Source of the DNA: Octopus sinensis
Taxonomy: Eukaryota
DNA length: 64,000 nucleotides
Direction of reading: 5' to 3'
NCBI RefSeq assembly: GCF_006345805.1
Contig: NC_043002.1
Location: 101,866,001 to 101,930,000, forward strand
A model generated the notes under the pieces. That model was not told where the DNA came from. It searched no databases and saw only the letters and a program-made list of their open reading frames with translations. Positions 10,001 to 23,151 of this stretch are shown piece after piece (the first letter of the stretch is position 1; each line of letters begins with the position of its first letter). A program made the position numbers and the translations under genes.

Positions 10001-11919
10001 CAATCAACCAAAGAAATATTGAGGAAAGTGTCAGTATGTAACAAGTGGGTAGCAACAGAAATTGGTAAGGATGGAACTATCATCAACGGTTCGATGACTA
10101 ATAGAGAAGAATACAAAGTCACAACAGCACACTGAGTGAAACAAGTAGGTCATGATGTGGAAGGGTTGCTGGGGGTGGGGTTGGTGTGCTCGTTTAGAAT
10201 GTTCATCTGTGTGTGTGTGTGTGTAATACAGAGGTGGGTGTTGTTAATCTAGTGTTTGTGGGGCGGAAGGTGGCGAATGAGTCAGACAATTTTGGACTCA
10301 GAGATCGAAAAACGATTTTTTTTTTTTTTTCAGAAAATTAATAGTAATTGTATAATAATATAAACTTATTCCATTTCGATGCCAATTATAGATTAATCAG
10401 GTTGTTTTCAATTGTTATTGTTGCTGTCGCTCTCGTTGCTGCTATAACAACAACAATGATAATGATGATGATAATAATTATTATTATTATTATCATAATT
10501 GTTCTTGTTTATATTGTTGTTACCATAATTTTGTCCTTCTTCTTATTCTTATTATTATTTTCATTTTTATTATTATTGTTGTTATTAATTTATTATCATT
10601 ATAATTTCTTTCATTTGCCTCAAGGTTTTAATGGCCCCAAGGTTTGGGACGGAACAAAGGCGAAACAGCAAAAATAAAACAATGGGGAAGGGAGAGAGAG
10701 AGAGGGGGGTGGATAGTAGGGGAGGGAAATAGGAACATGTAGATGGGATTAAACCGATAGATCAAGTAAACAACAAACAATTATAAACAAAAAACAACAC
10801 CAAAATATTGTTCTGATAATAGAGCTAGAATGTAAGAACCTTAATTTGAACCCCAAGACTGAGAGGTTAATATATAGGTTGAATCGTGGAAATTAACGCA
10901 TATTCTTGGGTAACCCTGAGACAGCTGAAGGGCGAGTGGCTTCATACAACTTTCTTACAACTTTCGCTGCCAAAAGCTGCATAGTTTGCACAAGAAAATG
11001 TCGACGCTCTATTTAAGTCACTCTCAGAGATGACTGACAGAAGAATACATCTCTTACAGTGTGCTTGTCAATATTTATACACACACACACACACACACAC
11101 ACAGACACACACAGACACACACACACACACACACACACACTTACTTACAAGGTGAGCAAAAGTGTACGTACGCCACTATGTGTATATACAAAACCAAAAA
11201 TTGAAACACGAACACAGCAAACGACAATAAGACATCCGGACAGATAGACGATACAAAGACGGACAGGAAAATCAACAAAATGACGGACAGAACAAACAAC
11301 AAAAAGACAGAAAAGAAACAAAAGACTCGATTGCCGGCCGCGAAGCATCTTATATTCCTGCCTCTTGACTCTCATCGCTTATGTTCATCTGATATGTTTC
11401 TATCTTAAGACTTTCACACTACAGATGCTACTTCAACTTGATTATTCTTTATGATTGTTTTTGTTGTTATATTCTTGTTGTTTGTATTTATCATTGAGTA
11501 GCATTTTCTCCGTATGTTTTCCTTTGTTGTACACATTCGCTTGCTTTCAACCCCAAAATTTAATGATCTTAGCTTAGATTTTTGGAGCTAGCCAAATTTG
11601 AACAGTCTCAAGTGTAACCGGCTGAAACTGTAAATATGATCTGGAAACTTGACTGACGAGCGATGGCTGCGAATGACCCATCCTTGATTTCCCCAGTCCG
11701 TCTTAGTATTGTCTATCTATCCGGATATCTTATTTTCGTCTGTTGCGTTCTTGTTCAATCTTTTTGATTTATGTATATATATATATATATATAGATAGAT
11801 AGCTAGATAGATAGATAGATAGATATGTCTAACCGTTACACCTGTATGTATACATATACATATATATATATATATATACACACATATGATGCTAAAGGTG
11901 CTCATAATGACGACGGTAG

Positions 11920-12045
11920 GAAAATAACAGCATTCTTTCCCATAAACTAAGTGTATGTTTCCAGTCACTTTGGCTGCAGAGTTTCTTTTTTTGTACTCAT
12001 AAAGCATTACGTGCCTTAAATGCTCTTTCGATACTTCTATGTTAG
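11920..12045 (-). mobile_element. Mariner transposase N-terminal fragment (decayed)
   Basis: Translation IEVSKEHLRHVMLYEYKKRNSAAKVTGNIHLVYGKEC resembles the first HTH of mariner transposases and parallels the N-terminus at 47553. Confidence 0.7.
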
Positions 12046-12789
12046 AACGGGTTTTAATCAAAGAAATTTTAATTCTATTATTCTGTCAAATAATATTTAA
12101 TTAGTTTAAATGTACACAAATGCATAAAAATAATTCTTAATTCATTAGAAATTCTAAAATACTATTAAATTTCATTCAATTTTAAAAAAGGTAAAATCGG
12201 ACCATTTCGGGTGTCAGTCCAGTATGCGTTACCGGGGATCTGAAATATCAGCAATACATTAATATCGAGCGTTCTCGTTCACCAAGAGTTTTCCTCATGT
12301 CGCTTAGTTTTGAGCTGTGTAGTTCAGTTTTTAACACTGTACGTCTTCAATGGATTTTCCCTGAACGAAATACCGTAGCCTGAACGTTTTTGAAGAAAAC
12401 ACATACATCATGTGACATAAATGTTTCTTATAGTATTGGAGCTGCTTCCAACTTAACACTATACACGCACACACACACACACCACACACACACACACACA
12501 CACAACACACACTTCATGGACACACTCTCATATACGCGCCCATGCCAGTCACGCATGCACATATTAGCTGTTATACATATGCGTTTGCCCCCCACACACA
12601 CATAGAAGCTCACGGAATCTTAGGCTCTCGCACACTTACATACACACGTGTTCGCCTTCCTCACGCATATACACTCACACATCATCTACACGCACATACA
12701 CATGCTTCGCAGTCTAGGTCAGCCGGGTCACTGCTATCTCCCCTTACATCGGCTTAGTTTTTCCGGCATTTAAACATGTCGAACTCGCA

Positions 12790-12940
12790 TTCCCGACACA
12801 TTTTTTCTCTCTTCATATTTTCTCTCCGTCCCTTTCTACCTCTCCTTCCTTTCTGTCGAAAAGCGTAGGATCGAAATCTCAAACGCCCTTCCATTTTACA
12901 CAAGTTTCAAACTAACACACCTGATTTTTCTTTTTCCGTA
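12790..12940 (+). mobile_element. Penelope-like terminal (pLTR-like) cassette with hammerhead-like motif, diverged
   Basis: CTGTCGAAAAGCGTAGGATCGAAAT at 12853-12877; homologous to 26340-26445 and 59385-59525. Confidence 0.55.
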
Positions 12941-12989
12941 TGTATATATATATATATATATATACATATATATATTGGATTAGCTGTGT

Positions 12990-13085
12990 GCTACGTAGGT
13001 TCTGGGTTCAGGGTACTATAGCCTCGGGCCGACTAAAGCTTTGTGAGGGGATTTGGTAGACGGAAACTGAAAGAAGCACGTCGTG
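12990..13085 (+). mobile_element. SINE family B 5' fragment
   Basis: CTATAGCCTCGGGCCGACTAAAGCTTTGTGAGGGGATTTGGTAGACGGAAACTGAAAGAAGC. Confidence 0.8.
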
Positions 13086-14179
13086 TATATATATCTACGT
13101 ACATACATATATAAACCATTGAGCACTTCTTTTTGTAGTCTTATAAACACTTTTGTCTCCATAAAAAGAGGTAAAATTATCTCTTTGTCAACTACACACA
13201 CACACACACACACCACACACACATACACATATATATATATATATATACTTACTTTCCAAATCCCGGTTAACAACCACGGAATAGGTTGCAAGCTTTCCAG
13301 GTGGAGAGAACCAGTCTTATATGGAAGTATTGACAGAAATCATATCGTTATTGTCAAAACGTAACATATTGTAAATATATATGCTTGTAAATTTTCCAGT
13401 AGCATGATAATTGTTTGACGAAGCTCTGCCTTTCCTTCAAGCCGGGCTTATCGTGAGCAGAGCTCGGCTGAAGGATCTCATTAAAATCTATGACAAACAT
13501 ATCAACAACTCAGAATGTTGAATGTGTGCAAAAAAATGACAGCGACAATAAATAGCAACAATAGAACGATTAATATTTCCATGACTAATGGAGAAGAAAT
13601 ATAAAAATGTAGAACGAAAAAAATGTAGGTTATGGTGAGGAGTTACTGGCGTGGGAGGCTGGTGCGGTGTTGGAAATGGAGGATGATGGTAGTGGTGGTG
13701 ATGGAATAGTGGAAGTTTCTGCGAAGAAAAGCAACGTATTTACTGTTGGCAAAGTGCATTTCTAGCACTGTTAGCAGACCAACAAGTTCTTTTTCAAGTT
13801 ATTACTACTGTCTGGCTCTCAGTTCAAGCCCAGTTTCTGTTGACAGAATAAGCGCAGAAAATACCCTTGCACACAAATCAGGGAGTGTTTTTTTTTTCTA
13901 TTTCTTCTTTATTAGATGAGGAAATATTAATCGTTGTATCGTTACTATTTATTGTTGCTTTATATTTTGGCTGCTAAATATAGCAATTGAATCCAGTGTT
14001 TCTTAAATCATATCTTAAATGAATTACCTGGTGTCTTTCACGTGTATCATTAATTCGCATAAGAGACAGACACAATGGTACTTTTACTACACGTAAATAC
14101 AGTAGACCACATCCAAAAGAAAGACACCTGATTGATTCCTAGGAGTTCAATCACCACTATAATCCATTCTTAGCTGTCA

Positions 14180-14530
14180 TGAATACGCTGTCACTTCACT
14201 CTTCTTTTCTCGCCTCTATAATATGCGAACGCTAATCCTCAGAGTCATCTAATTCTTTATCACCTAAAACCATGCCCCCCCTCTCTCTTTCTCTCTTTCC
14301 CTTTCGCAACTCTTCTATTCGTCACTCATACATTCGCTCCTCAGAGCAGGATTTAATTAATTCTTTTTTTTTAATCAGTTTATATTTTCTAAAGTATCAT
14401 CTCTCCGGAATTCTCTTTCATCGGACTTTACTTCTCAGAATGTCATCGCTTTGGAATTCTCTTCTGCCTCATTCTTTTCCTGTGACGATCGACTGTTAAA
14501 TGTTCAAGACGAACACCAAACTAACTCGAT
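14180..14530 (+). mobile_element. Decayed non-LTR retrotransposon ORF2 C-terminus (CR1/L2/Jockey superfamily-like)
   Basis: LLRMSSLWNSLLPHSFPVTIDC*MFKTN resembles the 'RT..LWNSLP...FP......FK..N' terminal motif. Confidence 0.5.
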
Positions 14531-16620
14531 CCTGGAAGTTTTTCAATGTACATAAACGTAACCATTTCCTCATGAGTAAACTATTCAGAAAACGTCAACT
14601 TCTAGTAAAATACTCACATTTTCAATGTAGAGAGAAAACTCGCCGGATATTTAGGGCGTCGGATAGAATGTGTGCGCATTGAGTTCTCAAACCTCAATGA
14701 ACAGCAAATTTGCCTTTCCTTCTTTCCTAACCGACCAAATTCGTAACAAAACCGGACTGATAGAATTGTAACAGCACTGTACCGAATACCTTGTGGTTTA
14801 TCTCGAGTTCCTTCATAGCCTACACATGTGGTAGACTTATTCTGTCTCCTATTTTAAGACAACTATCTGGCACATTATGTACTGTAACGGATTCCACTCT
14901 GTTGCATGGATTTGATCCATGTCTCTATCAGAAAGTAATTTGCTCACCTCATTCTCTGAGGCCCCCAAAGCATTATGTGCACAACTACTTTCCTCGTTAA
15001 AAATTATATAAAAAAAACACGTAGATGAGAATTTAATCTGTGTTGTAGAGTGAAGTTTTGAAATAAAGAAGCCTGAAGGTTTAATGTCAGAAATTTATGA
15101 CCGGAAAACCAGTTAGAAACAAAGCAAAGACAATTCATTCGTTCTGAAATGATTAAATTTAGCTCAAATGACACGTGAGTAAATTGCAGATAGAAAACGG
15201 AAAATTTTCTTTCATTAGTGAACATTTAACTCCTTCCGCTCCTTGCCAAATATTTGAGTTTAACCAAATAGAAACAAATATTTATGATATCTAGCTCATT
15301 CCATATTTATGGACTTCTGACCAATAAAATAATGGAACGTCATGGAAAATCAACAAGGCGAGGAACCATGAAATATATAGCATCATTTATCAGGTTTATG
15401 ATTTTCAAAGATCCTTTTCCATTAGTTAATTAAATATAAGAATTATCCTGAAATTTATACTAGCAAATAAATAAATAAATGAATTATTTTACCTATGTTT
15501 TCTTTTGTTTGTGTTGAGTATTTAAATTAGGCAAAAATACATTAAAATTACGCCAATTGACATCCTTTATGACTGGAAATAAAAACAACATATTTTTAAA
15601 TCTAAAATTTCGTAATTTTCCTAAAAAACACTATCTGAATAAGTAAAAAAAAAATAAATAAAAGAAAGGAAAAAACACTCTAAGAGATTTTAACATTCCG
15701 CTTGAAATTCAATTGTGAAAATTTTGTGTTTCACCGAAATAAACATAATTTTATTTCATGGCACACGCACCTATACACAAACATAGAAAACAAAAATTTA
15801 TATATATGTTAAAAAAAAAGCAAGAACAATACCATAATATGTATCTATATTTCTTACTAAATGACATGTATAGCCTGTTATATCAGGAGAAGAAGAAACA
15901 AATGCTTGTTTATATCGCTTCTCTTGCAATTATCTCCAATCGCATAGATATACGATAACACATTAATTCAAATACCCAATTATATTTTATAGACACTCTG
16001 CGTTTGTTTTCAGATTTTTAAGGAAATTTCCATCAATCACACTGAAAACAGAGTACGTTGAATACATAAATATATAAGTGCCATAACTTCGTAGTTCTAT
16101 TATTTTCTTAATGTTTTCCAATAAAATACCCTTTCACATTCATCCATATTTCAAAATTTACTTCCAATAACAATGAAGCAGATATTTTTTTTTTATTATT
16201 CTAGTTTACACATTTTGTTTGCTTTGTTATTTTGTTCTTCCTTATATTCACAACATATACACGCCGACTTCAAATAGAAGTGCATAATAAAGCTAAAGTG
16301 ACTATACAGCAGTTATTCTACATATACTTGTGTCTATTATACAGTTTGTATAGATGTGGCTATATACATACGCGTAGAGCAGTATTTACCTTTAATGTAA
16401 GTATATTCGATTACGCGAACGAATTTGATAAATTGCAAAATATATCGATTAATATTTGAAGTAATAAAATAGTACATGAAAGCGGAATGGTAAATACATG
16501 CATATGTTCAAATATAGACTGAAATACGGCGAGTCGGAGACACAAACACAATCAGTACATGCTTAACATAGAAAAATATGCATAGACACCTACATATATA
16601 TATTATATATATATACATAT

Positions 16621-16936
16621 ATCACGGGATCACGTGACCGACCAGGCCATCTGATGTTGTTACACATCGCTGGTCACAATGCATTTGCATTGTTTTAGCC
16701 TTCGAATGACGCCACTCCGCTGGCTAAGCGAGCAAGCAAGCCAGCCAACAGAAGAAAGAGTGGGAGAACGAGTGGTGAAAGAGTACAGCAGGGATCCCCA
16801 CCACCCCCTGTCGGAGCGTCGTGAAGCTTTTAGGTGTTTTCGCTCAATAAACACTCACAACGCCCGGTCTGGGAAACGAAACCGCGATCCTGCGATAGCG
16901 AGTTCGCTGCCCTAACCAGTGGGCCATTGCGCCTCC
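16621..16936 (-). mobile_element. SINE family C (tail type 2)
   Basis: Same head as 3316; 3' end ...GTGACCAGCGATGTGTAACAACATCAGATGGCCTGGTCGGTCACGTGATCCCGTGAT. Confidence 0.9.
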
Positions 16937-16942
16937 ACATAT

Positions 16943-16982
<40 letters not shown>

Positions 16983-17357
16983 CACACACACACACACACA
17001 CACAATATATATATATATATATATATAATATATATATATACACATACATACTGTTCTTTATGCATGTGTTTAGATAGACGGACGGTATGTTTATATATTC
17101 GTTTATATACCTAGCAATGTGCGCGCATTGGCAATTGTATGTTTGTACGTACGTGTGTATGTGTGTGTGTGTGCGTTGCCGCCCGTTCTTGTTTGCATTC
17201 TCTTCTGTAAGTTGTTTTAGTCTAAATCTTTCTCTCGCCCGAATTTTACTCTTCATTTTATTCTTCCAATTATTCTCTGTATATATCGTTTCTTTCCTTC
17301 CGCATTTCCTTTTATCTTTCTTACTTTCTTTCATTGTTTCTTTTTCTCACTGGATAT

Positions 17358-17402
<45 letters not shown>

Positions 17403-17707
17403 ATATAATATCGTTGTGCGCTACGCATGAACATATGTACGGGAAGAAGGCAGTTAAAAAGAAAAGCAAAGTCTCTGTCGAAGAGACAAATACTTTTAAA
17501 AACTGAGTTAAAACTTTATTTTATTTAAAGCCTAAATAAGGCATCAATCCATTGTTGAACACTGTCTTCAAAACATGGACCCGATAACTTAAGGATGTCG
17601 CTATGAATATGAAGGCATTAAAAGCAAAAGTACAACAACAATTATACATGTATGTATAGATATAATACAATAAGCAAGTTAAATGCATTGTGTATTAATA
17701 ATTTAGG

Positions 17708-17985
17708 TATTATTCAGAGGCTCACAACTCTTCAATATCCTCCCGAAGAACCTGAGAGACCTGCATGGGGTGGATGCAGATGTCTTTAAAATAAAACTGG
17801 ATTTCTTCCTGTCAGGTGTCCAGGATGAAACAGCTTCACGGCAGCTGCATCGAACTCTCTCATGCACAAAATGGCAATTGCTAAAAAGCATTCGTGAAGT
17901 AAAATCATGTAGCAAAACCAAATGGCGGTTCCCCAGCATGGCCACAGCTCGTGAGCTGAAACTAGATAAAATAAAATAAAATATA
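17708..17985 (+). mobile_element. 5'-truncated LINE (CR1/L2-superfamily-like): ORF2 C-terminus, 3' UTR and (TAAAA)n tail
   Basis: Translation LFRGSQLFNILPKNLRDLHGVDADVFKIKLDFFLSGVQDET; homologous to 23805-24250; ends in an ATAAAATAAAATAAAA repeat tail. Confidence 0.8.
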
Positions 17986-18058
17986 AAGTATTATACCAAC
18001 AGTATATTGGATAAGTATTATCCCTTAGTGGGTTGGATCCACAACCCCTAACTTACTT

Positions 18059-18108
<50 letters not shown>

Positions 18109-18479
18109 ATATATATAGGGCAAATAAGAAAATGGAGTTGTAATCAATGAAGAAGCATCAACCAGTAAACATTCAGTTGGATCTGTTTATTAATTAATTA
18201 CAATCATAAGTATAAGTAATCAAAATAAACAAATAACATACACAAATAAAGAAGTAAATATATAGAAAAAATAATAAATAAATGAAAAAGAATAAATTAT
18301 ATATATATATACACATACATACTTATATACATATCAATGCAAAGCACTATCGAAAAATAGTAGTCGAATACCAAAGGTTCAGTAATCTAATTTATTATGG
18401 CTGCAAAATTATCACAAAACTGTTACTCTAAAAAATGGAGCGGGGTAGCATGTCCCTTTGTTGTTAGCTGTTTTAGCTG

Positions 18480-19125
18480 TTGACCTAGTGTTATATGTGT
18501 GCGTGTGGGGTATAGGTTGTATTGATACGAATTCTTCCGGGGTTCTATCCAAGTGTATAATATGTTCTGTTATGATACTTAGTGTTGGTTGGTGCGTCGT
18601 TGCGATGTGATTTGAGATATATGTTGTTTGAGTCAGGTATTAGGGATGTATTTTATTTGTTGGTAGAAGCCGCTGGTAGCAAGCGCTTGGTTCTAATATC
18701 GTGCGTGATTATTGAATATCTCCTCAGTGGAAGAGAGGTCAGATATACGGATCGAGATACCCTTGACTATGTTATCAAAGGTGGATTTATGGTGAGTGAA
18801 ATGAATGTTTAGGTATTTAAGTTATTGGTTAGGTTTTTTATAAGGGGTGTATTGGGAGGTTTCTGAGTTTAAAGTTACGTCTAAAAAGTTAGTAGTTTAA
18901 ACGTAATAGGTAGGTTTAGGCTAGAGAAGAATTAGAGTAGATCTTTTCTAGCTAGTTCTAAAAGGACTTATTTACGCTCTTGGTAACTAGCAAGGCGTCT
19001 TCTCTGTAGAGGCTACTCTTGAGATTAGAGATATGTATTTGGAGCTGGTGGAGTATGCATAGTCCAACTAGGTCGGTGACCTGGGTGGAGTCAGATGTTC
19101 TCATGGTAATGTCAAATAAATTGCT
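18480..19125 (-). mobile_element. Penelope-like element (PLE) reverse transcriptase remnant
   Basis: Translations FDITMRTSDSTQVTDLVGLCIL...LYREDALL (cf. MGSxDGAEVCELVG...LYRDDGL) and NFLDVTL...YTPYKKPN...ISDLSSTEEIFN...ALATSGF; in-frame stops present. Confidence 0.8.
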
Positions 19126-19715
19126 ATGGGTATTGTTATGGTGAATGATCCGGCAACAGAGTTTGTCCTCAAACGGATCACATAGATTTCAAACGTTCAA
19201 CGGAGAAATTTCTTTAAAAGATCCGGAACAACCGCCTACACGCGGATGTCTCAAACAATAATAAATCTTTGCTCGAGTAGGTCATGGTGCCTCATATATG
19301 ACTAGAATATTTCACCAGATGGTGTTATTAAATTAGATTTGGCCTGAGCCTCTACTGGCCGAAAGCTATGAAAGCTATGAAAGCTATACGCACACACATA
19401 TACATATACATATATACACACATACATATGAATATATGTATGTATATAAGATTGTTAACAAAAATTGGTGACAGTAGGATGATGGTAATTGTGCCGAAAC
19501 TTCGAAGTCACTCTCAGCACTCTTTTAAAATGTAACAAATATGTTCTCAACAAATGCATTGTGTAATTCTTCAGTTTAATTCAAACTTACTTGTATTAAA
19601 ACTTTAATTAAGAAACAAGTATCAAAATGCATGTATGTGTATATGCGTGATTATGTGTGTATATATATACATACATATATATATGTGTATACACACATAC
19701 ACGCACATACATACG

Positions 19716-19763
<48 letters not shown>

Positions 19764-19791
19764 ACACACAGATATATACATATATATATAA

Positions 19792-19826
<35 letters not shown>

Positions 19827-20425
19827 TAACACTCATAGACTCTATCGATTGCATCATCGAATTGAAACATTTCAGTGAACAACAAAGGCATTGAATGTAG
19901 GATTGAATGCCAAGACAATCCAATTGAAACAAAACCGGTCTGTAGATGGAACGGCGGTCTAGCCAAGCTATAGTTTTAACGCGGAAATCCTTACGCTATG
20001 GTGATTATAATTTTTAGATATTTGTATCTATTTATATTATGTTGAATGTTGGAAGATTTAAAAAGTAAGGAGAATAATATTGCGATTACAAAACAGAACC
20101 ATATGCTTAGCACCGTTCCAATTCAATCGAAGAATATCAAGTCATGTTCCGGTATTCAACAGCGTTCTCTGTTCTTCTAAGCTCTGCAACGAACACCCAA
20201 ATAAGAATGATTCATCCGTTTAAAATTCCATGAAGTGAAAAAAGAATGAATGTAGAGGGGTGTATGACAAGATAGTGTAGGGGGGGGGGCTCTCTTACCT
20301 TGAATGAATTTATAACAGGAAGAAAAACAAACGAAACAAAAACCCATTTCTAATTTTGCTGGAAACTATTCATTGCAATAGACCTATAAAGACATACATA
20401 CATACATACACGCACGCATATGTAA

Positions 20426-20478
<53 letters not shown>

Positions 20479-20864
20479 TACGTACACACATACAGCGCAT
20501 ACAGATATATCTGAATATATATGGATTCCTAATATGCGAGAAGATACCAAATTGTCCCACCGCGAAGAATGTGTTCACAAGAAATTTCAGCAAAGCCAGA
20601 ATGTAAAACGAGCAAAACAAAAGATAGGAAATTTGGCAATAATCTCCATATCTAGGTTTCGCTATTAAAAATCGCAAATGTGAATGTCCGTTTTATATCA
20701 TTCAAATAACAAGCAAATGTAAAAGATATTATGTTATGGTGTTTTGTTAAAACGGGATTGAGATTATGATAAATAGAAATCCTTTTCCTGGTTCGTTGTG
20801 AAGATAGGTAGAAATATATATTTTGGCTTCTCCTATTTCGTTTGTCTGAATATGTCATTTACGC

Positions 20865-21182
20865 GTTCCATTCATTGGACTGCGGCCATGCAGTGGCACT
20901 GCCCTGCAGATATTCGGCTGTCATCTGCCGAAACGTTAAGTTACGGGGGCATAAAGAAACTCACACCTGTTATGAAGCGGTTGGGTATGGGTGCAGATAC
21001 AGACCCAAAGAAACAGTTTCTGTTTATGATTTCCCTCACAAAGCATCGTTGACGCTTGGCTAGTGTAGAAAACACCTGACCAAAATGTCAGGTTGTGGAA
21101 TAGAATAAAAGATCAGGTGGCTGCAAAAGGAACCCCTTAACTACATAACCATGCTTGCTTCCATGCAGCCGTACCTGCGCCA
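20865..21182 (-). mobile_element. Old diverged SINE family B
   Basis: Decayed tail GACTGCGGCCATGC and head CAGCCGTACCTGCGCC. Confidence 0.55.
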
Positions 21183-21334
21183 AAAATATCCACCTGGAGT
21201 CTTACCTTAATTATATAATTTATTTCGTTTCCTTTTCTCTTTCATTTGTATTCATCCTTAATGTATTAAGCTTATTAGAGTGAGGCATTTTTAGGCACAA
21301 GCAATCGTTTGCTGATGCATCTATGTATATGCCG

Positions 21335-21610
21335 TGAAATCGCGTGGCTTAGTGGTTAGTGGCTCGTGAGTTCGTTTCTGATTATACCTTGTATCCTCGA
21401 GCAGGAGACTTCATTTCACGTTTTTGCAGTCCATTCAGCTGGCAAAAATGAGTTGTACCTGTATTTCAAAGCAGGCCAGTCTTATTAAAAGTCTCCGCCT
21501 TGCTGGAATTTCCCTGAGAAAAACTTTAAGGGTACGTGTGTATGCGGATTGTACGACCACCTGCAATTTGATACCACGTGTGGCCTGATTCGCTGATTGT
21601 CTCAACTGGA
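21335..21610 (+). mobile_element. CORE-like SINE family D sharing its 3' half with the family C copy at 3316
   Basis: A box TGGCTTAGTGG, CORE-like TTCACG...CAGTCCATTCAGCTGGCAAAAATGAG, then TTGTACCTGTATTTCAAAG...TTAAGGGTAC as at ~3512-3590. Confidence 0.6.
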
Positions 21611-22515
21611 ACATCTAGCAGTCTGTCTGTGTGTGTGTGTGTGTCTCTCTCTCTCTCTCACTATCTATCTATCTATCTATATATATATATATCTATATCT
21701 ATATATCTATATATATCTATCTATATATCTATCTAACTATCTATATATCTATCTATATATCTATCTATATATCTATATATCTATATATATATATATTATA
21801 TATATATATATATTTATATGTGTGTATTTAACTATCTGCGCATATATTTATGCATAAATGTAACTGTCTGTTTATTCGAAAGATTACTCATATATAAACA
21901 TCATTTGAGTAAACGGACTCACCTCTCCCACACAGGTACACCACAAACACAAACAAAGAAATATTTGTGCTATATTCATTTTGCTTATATGTATAAACAT
22001 ATACACACACATGCTAACGTACAAATATGCCTACCTATGCTAACACTCATCCATATATATATTTATATGTATATGTCTGTATGCATTTGAGATATATGTG
22101 CACTTGTGACTGTGTGTGTAAGGGAGTGTGTGTGTGTGTGTGTGCATGCGAACAAGTGTGTGTGTGTGAAGTGAGTATCTCTGTTGCAATAAAATTTTAT
22201 TTCGTCTAATCACGTCATTTAACCATTTAGAGTGTACTATAAATGATTAGAGAATATTTTGGCTGATGACCGGTGTCTATTTGAAATAAACGGTAAATAT
22301 GTAATTCGTAAATATCAATAATTAGGAAGCAATGTCTATGTCTCTGATGCAGTAGACATTCCCAGGTGAGTAGATATGTCTGGGAATAAATACAGGTAAG
22401 TATTACGAAACCCGTTGAAGTCTGGTAGTATATGGCAGTCGGCCAGGAGGTTACCAGAAGGGGAATACAGAAAAATTATGCATACAAACATATATACACA
22501 TACGCGTGTGTGGGC

Positions 22516-22595
<80 letters not shown>

Positions 22596-22938
22596 TGTAT
22601 ATATTGCAAAATAACAGTATACATATGGAAGTGTACTTGCATGGTTCTATTTCTTCAGGTCTTTCTCCATTGGCTGCGTTGGATTCTGAGCAAAGAATGT
22701 CTGGTTCAAGGTGCTTTTGGCCACCGTTAATAAGATATATTTGCGAGCATATTCATGTGATTTGCTGATATCACACAATCCATCAATAGCAGTTGTAGAC
22801 GGTGCAGAACACTGAGGAATGTGGACTGAACCATTAGCTATAAAATGGGCCTTTTTCTGATACGCATGCCAACAGAGAGCTGTTACTGCACGAAGGAGAG
22901 CGGTTATTAGCGCATATATGTATGTGTATATATATATA

Positions 22939-23023
22939 CTTTATTTAAAGCAGCAGAAAATTCAACAAAACTGGAAACTCAGAGTAACAGGTTTTGTTGA
23001 GTTTTCTGGTGCTTTAAATAAAG
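22939..23023. repeat. Inverted repeat (33-bp arms, 85-nt hairpin)
   Basis: CTTTATTTAAAGCAGCAGAAAATTCAACAAAAC versus GTTTTGTTGAGTTTTCTGGTGCTTTAAATAAAG. Confidence 0.9.
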
Positions 23024-23089
23024 CATATTACTCTACCACTGGTATTTGAGTACTCTTTGTTCCACCTTGTTTCACAAGGTTTACTCCGG

Positions 23090-23151
<62 letters not shown>

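Noticed and set aside
22255-22310. CTGATGA...GAAAT hammerhead candidate
   Set aside because: No stem II pairing, and stem I is offset from the core
22360-22770. Strong splice-like sites (CAG|GTGAGT, CAG|GTAAGT, TTCTTCAG|G) suggesting exons
   Set aside because: Implied peptides are short, hit stops and resemble nothing I recognise; needs RNA-seq
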